Assembly (NCBI GenBank): GCA_965637545.1
Contig: OZ281501.1
Span: 16,740,001-16,804,000 of the forward strand
Length of the DNA: 64,000 nt
Source: Phallusia mammillata
Taxonomy: Eukaryota
Direction of reading: 5' to 3'
Part shown: positions 24,611-37,500 of the stretch, one piece after another
Layout: each line of letters starts with the position of its first letter
Numbering within the stretch: the first letter of the stretch is position 1
Notes under the pieces: model-generated
What the model was told of the DNA's origin: nothing
Databases searched by the model: none
Seen by the model: the letters and a program-made list of their open reading frames with translations, nothing else
Program-made: the position numbers and the translations under genes

Positions 24611-25070
24611 TTAGCAATTATAACTTACGAAACCTTTCAGTAATGTGGTGTATTTTTTGGGGTACATTGAAAAACAAACGTTTTTAAACGAATTAAGGAA
24701 TTAGTATACCAAGAAAACATAAACATATCAGCCCAAAAAAAAAAAACGCAAGCTTGAGAGCAAAGCGTAAAATGCGTGATTTGTGAGTCAGTCGTTGACA
24801 TTCTGGACGATTTTTTATGTGCAAATAAAACACCGGACCTATCCAATTTTAAATTGGTTCAAAATCTATAAAAACGACTTACAGCCGATAACTGCATTCG
24901 AAACTGAAGCAATTTGCGGCAATAGCAACCTAGGTATGGACAAAAACAAGACAAAAGCAGGGAGTACGTTGTACGTTTGATTAAAGCTTGCTTAAACTGT
25001 GCAAAATGCTTTTGTGCAAGTTGAAGCATCTACAAAAAGTTTATATAAATGACATTTCTCTTAGTCCAAA

Positions 25071-25571
25071 TCACTCAAGAATGCTATCCTGCTCTTGTAC
25101 TGGTTCACAAGAGGTCGCTGTACAACCACAGGCCATTACCACATCCTTTGTATGACTTCTAACTGCCCCGTCGTCGCATACCAGGGAGTATTCGCGAGGA
25201 ATTGTGCTTGTAGGAAGGCAGCATTTACATGGGCCTGACAAAAACAATACACGGTATAAGGATTTTGTGTTTGCGTTTGTGCACATCCCGAAAAAATCGT
25301 ATTTCCATTTTAGTATTACCCCGAAAAATCTTACTTCAGCCTTGTGTAAATAAATACTGCGAAATATTAGGTCTTTATCCGGAAAATGTTAACAGTGATA
25401 CTGTATATGCAAAATTAGGATTTGGAAGCGTACCTCCATTGCTTGTAGGACATGCTCCTTCACAATAGCTGACGGATTGTGGTGTTGTCAACCAACACTG
25501 ATGCGAGTCAACCGTTGTGTTGATAACCACATCATGGGTTTTCACCACGCACGGAAAATCGGTTGGGATAC
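25071..25571 (-). CDS. Gene B C-terminal cystine knot (CTCK)
   Basis: [18 protein letters not shown]|[26 protein letters not shown], in exons 25434-25571 and 25071-25234. Confidence 0.88.
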
Positions 25572-28500
25572 CTGGAAAAAGATTTACATAATGTTAAACG
25601 TAGGTTAATGTAATACTATACGCCCGGGAAACGTTCTGTATAGTTGGCTTACCGCGTAATTTTGTGCATGTCATTTAGTGTTGGTAAAAAAAGTTAATGA
25701 CATTTTTACAGCTTATTTTTAATCGAAGCGGTGACGAAAAAAATAATAACAATTACAAAACTCTTTCATATTTTGGAAGGACAAAACGTTTTTATATCAT
25801 GAATTAATTGAAAAGATATGAAATCATTTTCAACGCGTGACGTCATCAATCTCACATTGGCGTCATAGTTGTTTATCACTTACAATATTTGCAACATCCC
25901 TCGGTTGTTTCATTGGGAGCCAGAACCCCTCCTTTCTGTAAACAACAACATGCATGGAAAGTGTCAGCGCATGTTAAACATAAATAGTATAAGCTATTGC
26001 TGCCAGGTATAATGTTAGACCAAGTATTGCTCATCCAGCAGTTTTTATTGTAAACAATCGACGTTTCGACGTCCTATACAAGACGCCTTCATCAGGATAA
26101 TGACATAACTTGCAAGACGAATGTCTTTTAAAGCGACAAAATGCAAAACACACACATGTAAAACAGCGATAACAAGATCGCGCGCTGCAAATTGCAAGTT
26201 ATGTCATTATCCTGATGAAGGCGTCTTGTATAGGACGTCGAAACGTCGATTGTTTACAATAAAAACTGCTGGATGAGCAATACTTGGTCTAATAAATAGT
26301 ATAAGTCACTTTTAAGGTAATCAAACATTTTTATGGGCATTGGTGTCTTTCATAAAGCTTAATTTAGTACCATATGCAGTATGTATGTGCATGTAACAAG
26401 CTTAATGTACGAGGGATAAACATGCCCTTTTGTTTAATGGAGGCGACATGATAACTTTTTATCGGTCGGTCGTCACATGTTGAGGCGGGGAGGGGCCTCT
26501 ACAATTAAGAAAAAAAAGCATTTTCGAGCTTTTTTGTAATCAGCTTGACATAAACTTAAAAAATTATAGCAGTCATACTAAAGTTATTTAAATCCCTTTT
26601 TTGTCAAATGCATAAATAAATTCAATGATCTCAAAGTGATTACCATCGACTTAAAAAATCTTGCCCGAAAACCGAAACCGATCTAACAATAAAATATACA
26701 ACTGTACTTACAGTTAAGCATGCTTCTGTATCAAAAGGTTCACATTCGTATTTCGGTTGTGTTACAACCTTTGGACATGAAGTTATTTCGTCGCGAACAC
26801 AAGAAGCCACTTGACAATGATCGGAAAATACGGGGAATGACGAACCAACCTTTAAATAAAGAAAGTGTAATAAAAACCTCAACAAACTTTAGTTAACAAA
26901 ATGTTACCACTTTTTAACGAAAAATGAACGCCGTATTAGCTATCATGCTTAATATTTTTTTAAATTGTGGGATGATGTTTAATTTTGTTTTTCGATTGTT
27001 GATGAAAACGCTGTGTTAAAGTATTGACAGAAAAGTAGTTAAGCCTGTTTACGTTTTACAAGCCAAGTTCAGGTAGCTTGGTAAAAAACTGCCAGAGAGC
27101 TTGAATACGGGTAAATCGCTGTTACCTTTTGATAATGAAATGGCTGTTATCACTTCAAGACTATAGAAGCAAGCGGTGGTTATCGAAAAGTCAACAATAG
27201 AATGTATCACAACATACCAGTTCTCTGGCTATTTTCACCATGATCAGAATACAATTTTGTGTCTTGGGTTTTGAAAATACTTACGGAATATGTTTGCTCG
27301 TTGAACACACACTTGTCGCACTCGCATTTATACTCAGGACAGCAGTCAGTATTAGTTAGTACTCTCTTCTCCCCGGCCGGGCACGTAAAATTCCAATGCT
27401 CACAAACTTTCATAAGTTCATTTTCTGGTAGACACCTGCATCCGTATGTTGGACAGCAAGGACCAGTGACGTTGTTGCGCTCTTTGATCTACAAAGCATA
27501 AAACGAATGGATTAACGCACTTTGTTCCAAATCTGTGTCTATGGCGGTTCATACAGTAAATAAATTGTTCATGCCTTGACCGTGTTTTGGTCTTGTCCAC
27601 ATCAATATTTAATAAAAATGTCGTGTTGCGTGGCTCCATACTTTGAAAGTAAAAATACGTAACTATTTGGCGTTACTTACAGTGTAACGTTCGTATCCCA
27701 GAGGACAGGTGAAGTCATCCCAATAATGGCAGCTATCAGCAAGCACTGAGTCATCTTCACAAACGCATGTGTGTTTAGGACAGCACTCTGAAGTATTCGA
27801 AAGTACACCGTCTTGCTTAGAAACCATATAAGTCGGGCATGTTATACCGCCGAAGTCTGGACAAATAACTTGTAGATATTCGTCTTGCTTGCACACACAT
27901 TTGTAATCGGTACAACAAGGATCTGGGTCCACATCGCCGGTGAAAATAGCCGCTTCGGTATACAGGTTGCAGTACATGTATTCAAACTGGGTCTGTGACT
28001 TGCAAGAAACACGCGGGTCCCTAACAACTTCTGCTGCGTAACAGTCAACGGTTGGAGTAACCTTTTCCATGTTGGCGTCATATGTGAGAGACGATGAAGC
28101 CAACTTGTCTGTACAATTCCATGTAACATTACAACCATTTCCGACGTCAACTTTCCAGGTATGGCCGACAGGTACCGAATCGCCGTTGTCTAATATACAG
28201 ACTTTCTTGCAAACACAAGTGTACAATGGGCAGCAATCGTTTGTAGCGGGATCAGTTTCACCCGGAACACGGTAAACATCCTGGTGTACAGATTCGCAAT
28301 CAAAGGGTGGACATCCTGTCGAACCATTCCGGCAAACGACCTTTAATTCTGGGCAACACTTCTGCAGTGGGTTCTCTTCAATAGTTTTGTTTACATATTC
28401 TTCGTAGGAAGCCGGTGTTTGTGGTGGATACGGGTGATATGTAGGCGGGCACGTATCACATACACACGAATACTGCGGGCAACAAACACCGTCTGTGAAC

Positions 28501-31500
28501 TCACGATGGACACTCTCTCCTGGGCCACAAGTAAGATTTGACCCAGGACAATATGGGTCTATGGCATCGTTACCATAGCAGTCGCACTCTTTCTGAATGC
28601 AGCAGCCTTCGGTATTGGGCACACTGTAAGTTGTTAACGGTCTACGTCCTGGTTCGTTGCATATTTCAGGGGTGACTTCCACGGCCGGGCAAACAATAGC
28701 AAGCACATCAGCAGTTTTACACACACACTTAAATTCTGTACAGCAAGTGTCTGGATTGCTCTCGCCTGTTCCGTTGATGATGGCTGTTTGGTAAATTTCA
28801 TTGCACCTGGTCTTCTGAAACTCGCTTTGACTGAGACAGTAGCGATCGTGGTTAAAGCTTTTAAGTGTGTAACATTTCTCAGGGTGGGTTTCATTTCTAT
28901 TGGTGGTACACGTGTATGTAACTAAACACCCATCGCTGCCTTTAACGGTTTCAGTCGTTCCTGGTTCCATAAGTGATCCATCATCACGAATGCACTTACT
29001 ACATATGCAATGCTTTTCAATGCAGCAGCTATTTGGGTCTACCACAGTTTCATCATAGACCACTTCCACCAAATCTTGATGCGCCTCACAACGGGGATAG
29101 CTTGGGCATGGCAGGGGTACAGAGGATGGTATGTAACAAGTCCTATTATCAAGTTTAGTCGTCACCTGACACGTGTAACTCAAATGGCAACCAGATGCAT
29201 TGATATATGTCCAACTGGTTCCAACAGCATGCAAACTGCCACTTGCGTCGTAACAACTGTTACAATAGCATGAATCTATTGTACAGCTGCAATCATCTGT
29301 TGTAGTGGTTTGCTCCCAGCCATTTGGACAACTATGATTAGGATCAGAAGGTATACATGTGTTGCACACACAGCCGTAAGTTGGACAGCACGGTCCGTAT
29401 ATTGGATCCACTGCGGCTATAACTTCCACATGCTGGTTGGGGCGACAAGAGTGTTGAGTGATACTGTAGTTCGGGCACTCTTGTTGGTAGGTTGGTGGGT
29501 CGTCGGCACATACACACACTCTTTCCTTGTAACATTCGTACGTTGTCCAGTTGCTAAGAACTTGTCCGGGTTTGGAACACAAAGGTGGAGGGCGTTCCGG
29601 GTAGGACTCACATTCTGAAAGTTACAAGTAACAGATTGATTAGTCCACGATATTGAAATACAATTCAGCATTTAGTGTATAAATCATACTTCCAAAACAG
29701 TTTGGTTTGATTATGCTATATTTGTAAATTTTGTCCCATCTATAAACAGGTTAGTTTTATGAAGCCTTTTGAAGCACAGCGTCAATGAAACGCAAAGGTA
29801 CATGCTAAGTTGTTTTATGTAAATCTTTTTTTTTCATATATTCCAGCTGTATGTACCAGTACCATTACTATGCCTAATTACAATCAAATAGTCAAACTTA
29901 CCACACGTGAAATCGCTACAGCAAATTCCATCTCGTCTGCTTTCCACAGCAACCTGTCCCTCTATAGTGCAGTACTGATTTTCGTACTGTTGCTTAGTAG
30001 TGCAGTCATCCACTTCATGCCAAATGGTTTCCTCAACATGACAAGTATCCTCTTGTAGTCTATCGGTGCACAGTTGAGTGACGTTGCAACCGTTTGCGTC
30101 CACGTAAGACCAACGTTCACCAGGCTGTCATAGGTTACAGAGAACTGAGTTAATATGACATATTAAAACCACAATGTGACATGATGTCTGTGGTGTTAAT
30201 GGTGCATGTAAACAAATTCAATACAATGCAAGACTTGATTGAAAAGTTAAACTTTTTTGGGTCTTAACGATGGTGCAGGATATTGAACAGTTTTTTTATA
30301 GGTTGTTACTAACGATATTTTAACGTCTCCGCCCAAAACCAGACCTGAACAAGCAAATTCTTTACCGGTCAACCGTAGCGGAATGCAAAAAGGTTCGAAA
30401 CTCATTTATGTGGGGCGTTTTATAGTAGTTCCATTGCCACCTTACTATGGCACCAATATAGCGCAAAAATGAAGATTCATTTTCTTACTGGAACGATACG
30501 GCATATGTTGATATCGACCCGAAATTTCAATATATTTGTAACCAATTTACGTAAATAAAAGTAAAACAATTGAATGGCAACGTAGAATATAAACATCACT
30601 GAGACATAAAACCGTAAAGATTATCAAGAGAATTTAAAGATCGTGGAGAAATGATATAGCTGAAAATAGCAGCATTCAGACTCTCAGTAAAATTAGGCGT
30701 TAAGGCGCTTCGGCTAACTTTCACCAATGTATCAAACACAAAAATGAATTACAAATTTCACCTTTCTTATTTCTCCGTTGTCTAGCACACAGTGCGTACA
30801 AAGCATAGTGTAGTTGTGGCAGCACGTGAAAGTGTCCGAAGGCATATTTTCTACCTTTACAATTTCCCAACCTATTGGAACTGTAAAGTTATGCCAAGTT
30901 GGACAAATTACGTCAAGTTCCTCTTCGGGTTTACAAACGCACTCGTAAGCGCGAGGGCAACACACCGAGTCCTTTCGTTTTACCTCCACCTGTGACAAAG
31001 CATAAAAGAAATGTTGAACTTTTACAGATATTCTGGTTGGATTGTGCAGGATTTTATAACTTTATTCAATTATTGCACAAAATCAGATTAGGTTATAACT
31101 ATTAAAGCTGTACTACATTATATATATTTCACCATTCTCAAATGATTTTATATTAGCTGCAACGTGTTTTGCTATTAGCGTACCTACCGTTTATGCCCCC
31201 TCATATAAAACGTTTTGGTTGGTGTAACTGTAATGCTTTTGCCATATTTTCTTTTACCAAGCAAAATAACTCAACTTAAATTGAACGTGAGTATATTGTA
31301 TCTATGTTTTTACAGGGTATATTTTGCTTACTCTGTTTTCTGTTGGGGCGCACTTCTTTGGTCCGATCTCATCTTCACACTTTTCTGGTACACATACGCA
31401 TTCGATAAGTGGGCAGCAGTTTGCATAGTAAGTTTCATCCACAACGTGTTGTGTGAAGTAAGTTTCATTACACAGTGGTTGGGGGTAGTGGGTCTGGCAT

Positions 31501-34500
31501 TGAGTTTTGTTGCAAACACACTCCGAGCTTTTGCATCCACATTCACTAGGATAAGTTGCGCTGTGAAACAAAACAAGTTTGCGTTACTTTAAATGCCAAC
31601 CGTATTAAAGTGATTTTACTTAACTTAGATTTTACCAAAAAAGTTCAAATCATAATTTAATAATCTTAAATGAGTAGTAAGCTTATAGGCAGGAAAGGAA
31701 CAGTATTTGTAAATATTAGCGTGTGGTTCGCCTGACAATTACCGGGGTCGCCTGACAATTTGCCTGGGATCGCCTATGGCATGGTTCCCAACTTGTTTTA
31801 GGTCATGGACCACTAGCCCCAATAAAATAAAGCCATGGATCATATTATTGTTGATAAAAATTACAGTCAATTTTTGGTCACCGTAACTTGGTAAATGGTA
31901 TCAATGGACCACGGCACCAGAAAGGTTGGGAACCGCTGGTCTAAAGGTTGCATTTGGTTTTTAGGCAGAATAAAACTAACTACATTTCAACCTTGTGATG
32001 TCACATCGAACTATGTATACCCTTATGAAGATTGATAAGGTGTTGAGATACAGAAAACCTAATCAAAATGCCGTTGGTACATAAGTGACTACAGTGAACA
32101 CTTTATCTGCCAAGAAACACAGATACAAACAACAAATGGCAATTCTTACTCGTTTTTGTAAGAAAGCGACCATGAAGTAGAACAGTTCTTTTCCACAGGT
32201 GGGCATTCCGGACATATGCATTCGTATACCGGACAGCATGAACCCTCTGGTGTAACATCAGTACGAATCAAACGAGAGTCATCACATTTGTAGTCGTACC
32301 TAGAAAACAAAAAAAATGTTTACCAAGCAAATTTACGAACTCTGTGACGTGTACATATTGTGTCATGAGGAATATAATACCCCAATATCACTGACAATGA
32401 CACAGGCAGCAGCCTAAAGGCTTGGGAATTATGGATGTTTCTTTTCTTATCTATTTGCGCATTTATAGTTTAAATTAAACATATAACCGCGTTTTAAGCA
32501 ACCACATTTTTGGTATCATTTTTTCAGATGCAGAGTGCACTTTTCCTTCTCAACATATAGTATAAAACTGTAAAAAATAGACATGCATATGAAACAGAAC
32601 GGATAAACCAAAAACCGATTTGACCCCGAAAAAACAAAATCTCACCACTGTGGGCAAGTTCCTTGCAGTGTGGAGTTCTCTTTGCATACACACTTAAACT
32701 CTTCACAGCAAACATCGGGGTCCGACTGTCCAATTGAATACTGTATAGCCACCGCTTTCTCGTACACCAAGTGACAATGCCCTTGTTCGTAGTCACCGGC
32801 GCTTTGACAGTGGTCCCGTGGGTCGTATATAATGCCTGGTCGGAAGCATCCGTCACTCAGCTTTGCACTTGTACAGATGTGTGTCTGCATGCAGCCATCG
32901 GCGTCAGGAAGCGTCAAGTTTTCACCTGGCAGCTTGCACGTGTCATCTGGCATCTGACATCCAATACAGGTGTCAATGTAACCGGGACAGCAGTAGTTTG
33001 GATCTGAGGAGTCTTTGGAAACCTCGTGGCAGATTTGAGGGGCAGGGGTCACGGGTGGAGGACATTCATTGCAAACACATTCAAATTCGTCGCAGCATAG
33101 GTCAGGGTCTGGAGACTTTATGGCTATAACTCCATGTTCAAACGAGTGGCAATACGCATTTTCAAAGTCTTGCAACTTCTGGCAGTAGTCTCTCGGGTTA
33201 TGCGTGTCTTCTTTGTAGCAGGAAAGCTTATCTCCTATGCGTTCATACGTGCACACGTGTGTTGTTACGCAACCGCTGGCGTCAGTAGTATTCCACGTAT
33301 CACCAGGATTTTTGCCAGTACCATTAGGTAGAACACATTTTTTACACTCGAAATCGTATAACGGACAGCACTTCTGGTTGGGATTATCCTCTCTGGGAAC
33401 TTGTTCATGGTGGGGAGGAGGGGTCGACGGCTCAGACCAATCGCTGCTACAGTTGTTGCAAACGCATTCAAACTCTGTACAGCAAATGTTGGGGTCTTCA
33501 CCAATTCCGTGTTCTATTTTTTCCAAGTGTTCGAACTCACTGCATTCTGCGCTTGGTTTTGTGATACATGCAACAGGAACGGGCACAGCTATGAAGCACC
33601 CGTCACTGCCTATGCTTGAGTTAGCCAGACATTTGTATTCAATGTCGCATCCTAAAAGGTCCTGACCGTACCAGGAGTCACCAATCAGAACCACATTGCC
33701 TTCGTTGTCTTTACATGAATCACACACACATTCAGTGCTGTTGCAGCATTCGCCTACCACCGAAACAGACTTATAACCGTAGTCACAATACTGATTAGTA
33801 GGCGCTGGACATTCAGGGCAGACACAACCATAGTTAGGACAGCAGGGCCCGTAAATTCTATTGTCGTTTGGATAGGGAATTTCTATGTAAACCCTCGGCG
33901 GTAGGCAACTGGCAGGGAAGTAGTTCGGACAGTCTCTATGTTCGATGTCAGTGTCATTCACACAAACACAGTCTATCTTGGGAATACAACCATCGTAGTA
34001 AATAGGTCCATGGGTTTGTGCGGGCCATGTACATTTTGGTGGTTGCTCTACGGTAATATTCTTGTCGCACACTGCAAAAATAATAAGAAAATGGTTTCAA
34101 GACAATTACACAGACAACTTTTTTCATTTCTTGAGCAAACGATGGTTTTAGGGCTTCAAGCAGATGACAAAAGTGCATGTTCAAATCGAAGGTATTAGTT
34201 TTGATGTATTCCCCTTGTAATTTGTTTAGATGGCTTTAACAATTTTATGAACTGTTTTCTCTTAACATTTGCCTTAAATACCCTCTTGTTTCTTGCGAGT
34301 TACAATACAGTCAAACTTCGATACTATGCCACCCTTTGGGACCGAGAGAAAGTGGCATAGTACCGAGGGTGGCATAATACCGAGGGTTGGTTGTAAAAAT
34401 AGCCTTGTGACGTGACAATGTACTGTAATGCCACGTTGTGTTGTATGATTGTAATTTATTACAGTATACAGTATAATTTATTACAAAAAACGGCTAGATC

Positions 34501-37500
34501 GTGCATAGAACAAACAAGATCTGTTAGTTTTGTTGTGACACAAGCACGGAACGGCGTTTACATAACTCGTTGCAAAGCCGTGAAACCTCTTAACATGACC
34601 ACGTTTATTTACTCAACGATTTGTTTTTCATTTTTTCTCTGTTTTATCATGAGCTCAAACCGAAAATTGTCAGAAGGCCCAATTTTTAATCCGGAACCAG
34701 ACCGTTAATACAGTAATACTGTACTCTCATGTGTCATAGTATCAAGGGTAAGGGGTGGCATAGTAAATATATTTTCTATTGAATTTAGTTGGTGACGATC
34801 AAAAGTGGTATAGTAGCGAGGGTGGCATAATATCAAGGTAGCATAGTATCGAAGTTTGACTGTATGAGAGAAACAAAGCACTGTAATGCAGTCTATACAT
34901 GTAACTTTATTAATATACCCCAAAACGTTACGAAATCAGAGCTTACCGCATGTAAATTCATCGCAACATGTGTTTGTTCCGGGTTTTACTTGTGGGATTT
35001 CACCAGGATTAGGACACACATGGTTTTCGATCTTCTCGCACTGGTCACGTGACTTGCTGACGTCAACTGCAACGTTGCACGTGTCGGGACCAAGCTCGTT
35101 TGAACAGTTTTTCAGCACCGTGCAGTCACCGTCAGGCTCCGACCATGTCTCTCCAGGCTAGATAAAGAAAGTTTTATTTACCATTTTTGCACTTGTTTCA
35201 CAAATACTTCAACTCTTTGGTATTTTGCCACGTTACTTATGTTTGTGGTTACTAAAGTCATTGAATTTAATTGTGTAACACACTGTTAACTAAAAAGAAA
35301 ATCATACATATCTCTTCCAAACGATACGAATACATTACATTGTACATAGTTGTTACCTAATATTTCGCTTAAACACACAAAAATAACCTTTCAAAGGATA
35401 TTTAAAAATCAAGTCGGTTTCGATCTTTACACACCACATCAGTTAAATCGTATAGCATGGGTGATTCAGTATGTTTAACAAACAGACATAAACTCACCAG
35501 TTTCAAAACTGTTGTTCCATCTAGTTCGACAATGCAGCCTAAACATACGATGTGATACCTAGGACAGCATTTCTGGTTTGGGTTTTCTTCAAGGGTAAAG
35601 GGCACAACTTTGTGAAAAGCGTCGACAGTCGGTGGGTTGGGATCAGAGTCGCACAAGTCAAGGTTGCAAACGCATTCGAAAAGGTCGCAGCATAATGGCT
35701 CACGGGTGTCCAGCACATTTGCAACCTCAAACTGTGTACAATTCGCCGACTGGAAATGGGATTTAGGAATACATGTATCGTTTTCCCTGTGTGTGTATTC
35801 CCACTTCATGCATTGATCTGGGTCGGTTGTTTTCGAATTGGTACATACTTTGACATTGACGCAGTATTCTTCCACCACGCTGACTGACGAGCCAATTTCA
35901 TAATAAGCCCCTTCGTGATGGCAAGTATTACAAACACAGCGAGTTGTAGTGCAGTTACACTCGCTTGTAGGGTCGGGTATGTCTTCACCTATATAACCAT
36001 CGTCGCAATGGATAATGATTTCCTGACATTTCTTACATGCAACTTTATACACTGGGCAACATGGGTTGTCTGGATTGACTGGGGATGGCCATATTTCAAC
36101 TATTTCTTTTTCGTCTGTCAGTTGATTATGAGCTTCCTGATAACCAGGACAAACAGTTTGCAAGTATTTGGATTCATTCTTGCAGACACACTGCTCAAGA
36201 TGGTAACAGTATGGCGATGTGATGTTGACCACGACTTCCCCGATATTTTCACATGTCGGCGTTGTTGGAGGGGGTTTACACACTACAAGGAAAAAATAAG
36301 GATTGAAACTAGAGTAGCGGAATTTTGAAGCAAAAAATCACATGCAATTGCGATGGAACTAAACATGTTTCTGTGTTTCTCAAACCTAAATGAAGATAAT
36401 AGACAAATCAGTGACCGAAAATCAGTGACCGAAAGAGTTCTTTTCTATTGTACAAATTTTTAGTGCAAAAAATTATCTATTTTTCAAGCTTTTCCTAAAA
36501 CATCATCACTATCGACAATTTAGACATTCTCTGTTAATGGAGGTTTTAAGATATGTAAGAGGGCCCGAAACTGAAGGTACAAGCCCGAACCCTGACCTGA
36601 ACACTAATTTACAAAAAAACGCCCAAATTGGACCCGAAACGTGGTAAAATTACTGCACAAACGAGGCCGAATTTAAAGTCCAGCTAGCTTCATTTAAACG
36701 TTGGCGTGAACCTAGCCCGACTTACAACTCTGTTTATAGCAGCTTACTTACCACATGCGTAATGTTTGCAGCAAGTGTCGTATATAGGAAGCTCCTGGAC
36801 TATCTCATCATCGCGACATAATAATTCGTCTGGATTCTGACACGTATCTTTCTCATTGTGCTCCACTATGCTGACGTGGCATGAGTCAGCACCAATGGTC
36901 TCAGTACATCTGTACGTGACATTGCATCCGTCCACATAATCGTTCCAAATTTCACCAGGCTAGAGTAACAAAAGTATGTCGGTGATAGTGTTTTGAGTAA
37001 GACAGTGTTAAGTTCACCGAAATTCTATTTGAAAACGCTACGTTTAACAATTTAAACCGTATGGCGTTTGGAGAGTGTGATAGCCTACCAAACTTTTTAC
37101 TCAAAACAGTTTGCACATTTTTATTGTATCATCTTCAACAGTGAAAATACAGATTCTGTTTAAATAAGGAACTAATGTTAAAAAACAAACAAAAACATCT
37201 TCGTGTCCAAATTACTAAATGACAAAATGTATGTTTTTTTAGTTTAACAATCGCATAAAACAACTGCAGTGCCAGAACTTAAACAGCACTGGATCTATTC
37301 GAATACTAAAGATACCGAAGCATGTTTTTTGTAGAAAAACAGATCTAAAACAAACTTTCGTGAAATTAATATGTGATTTACAGAAATAAATATGTATTTT
37401 TTCAAACTTTTTTTGCACTCTAGTAATATGCTATACGTTTTTCCATGTACATTTTGACTTTAAAAGGCAACAAATTTACTCACATATTTGAATGTGTATG

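Noticed and set aside
28069-33665. Multiple plus-strand ORFs (68-142 aa) overlapping the giant exons
   Set aside because: Antisense shadows of long Cys-rich coding exons.
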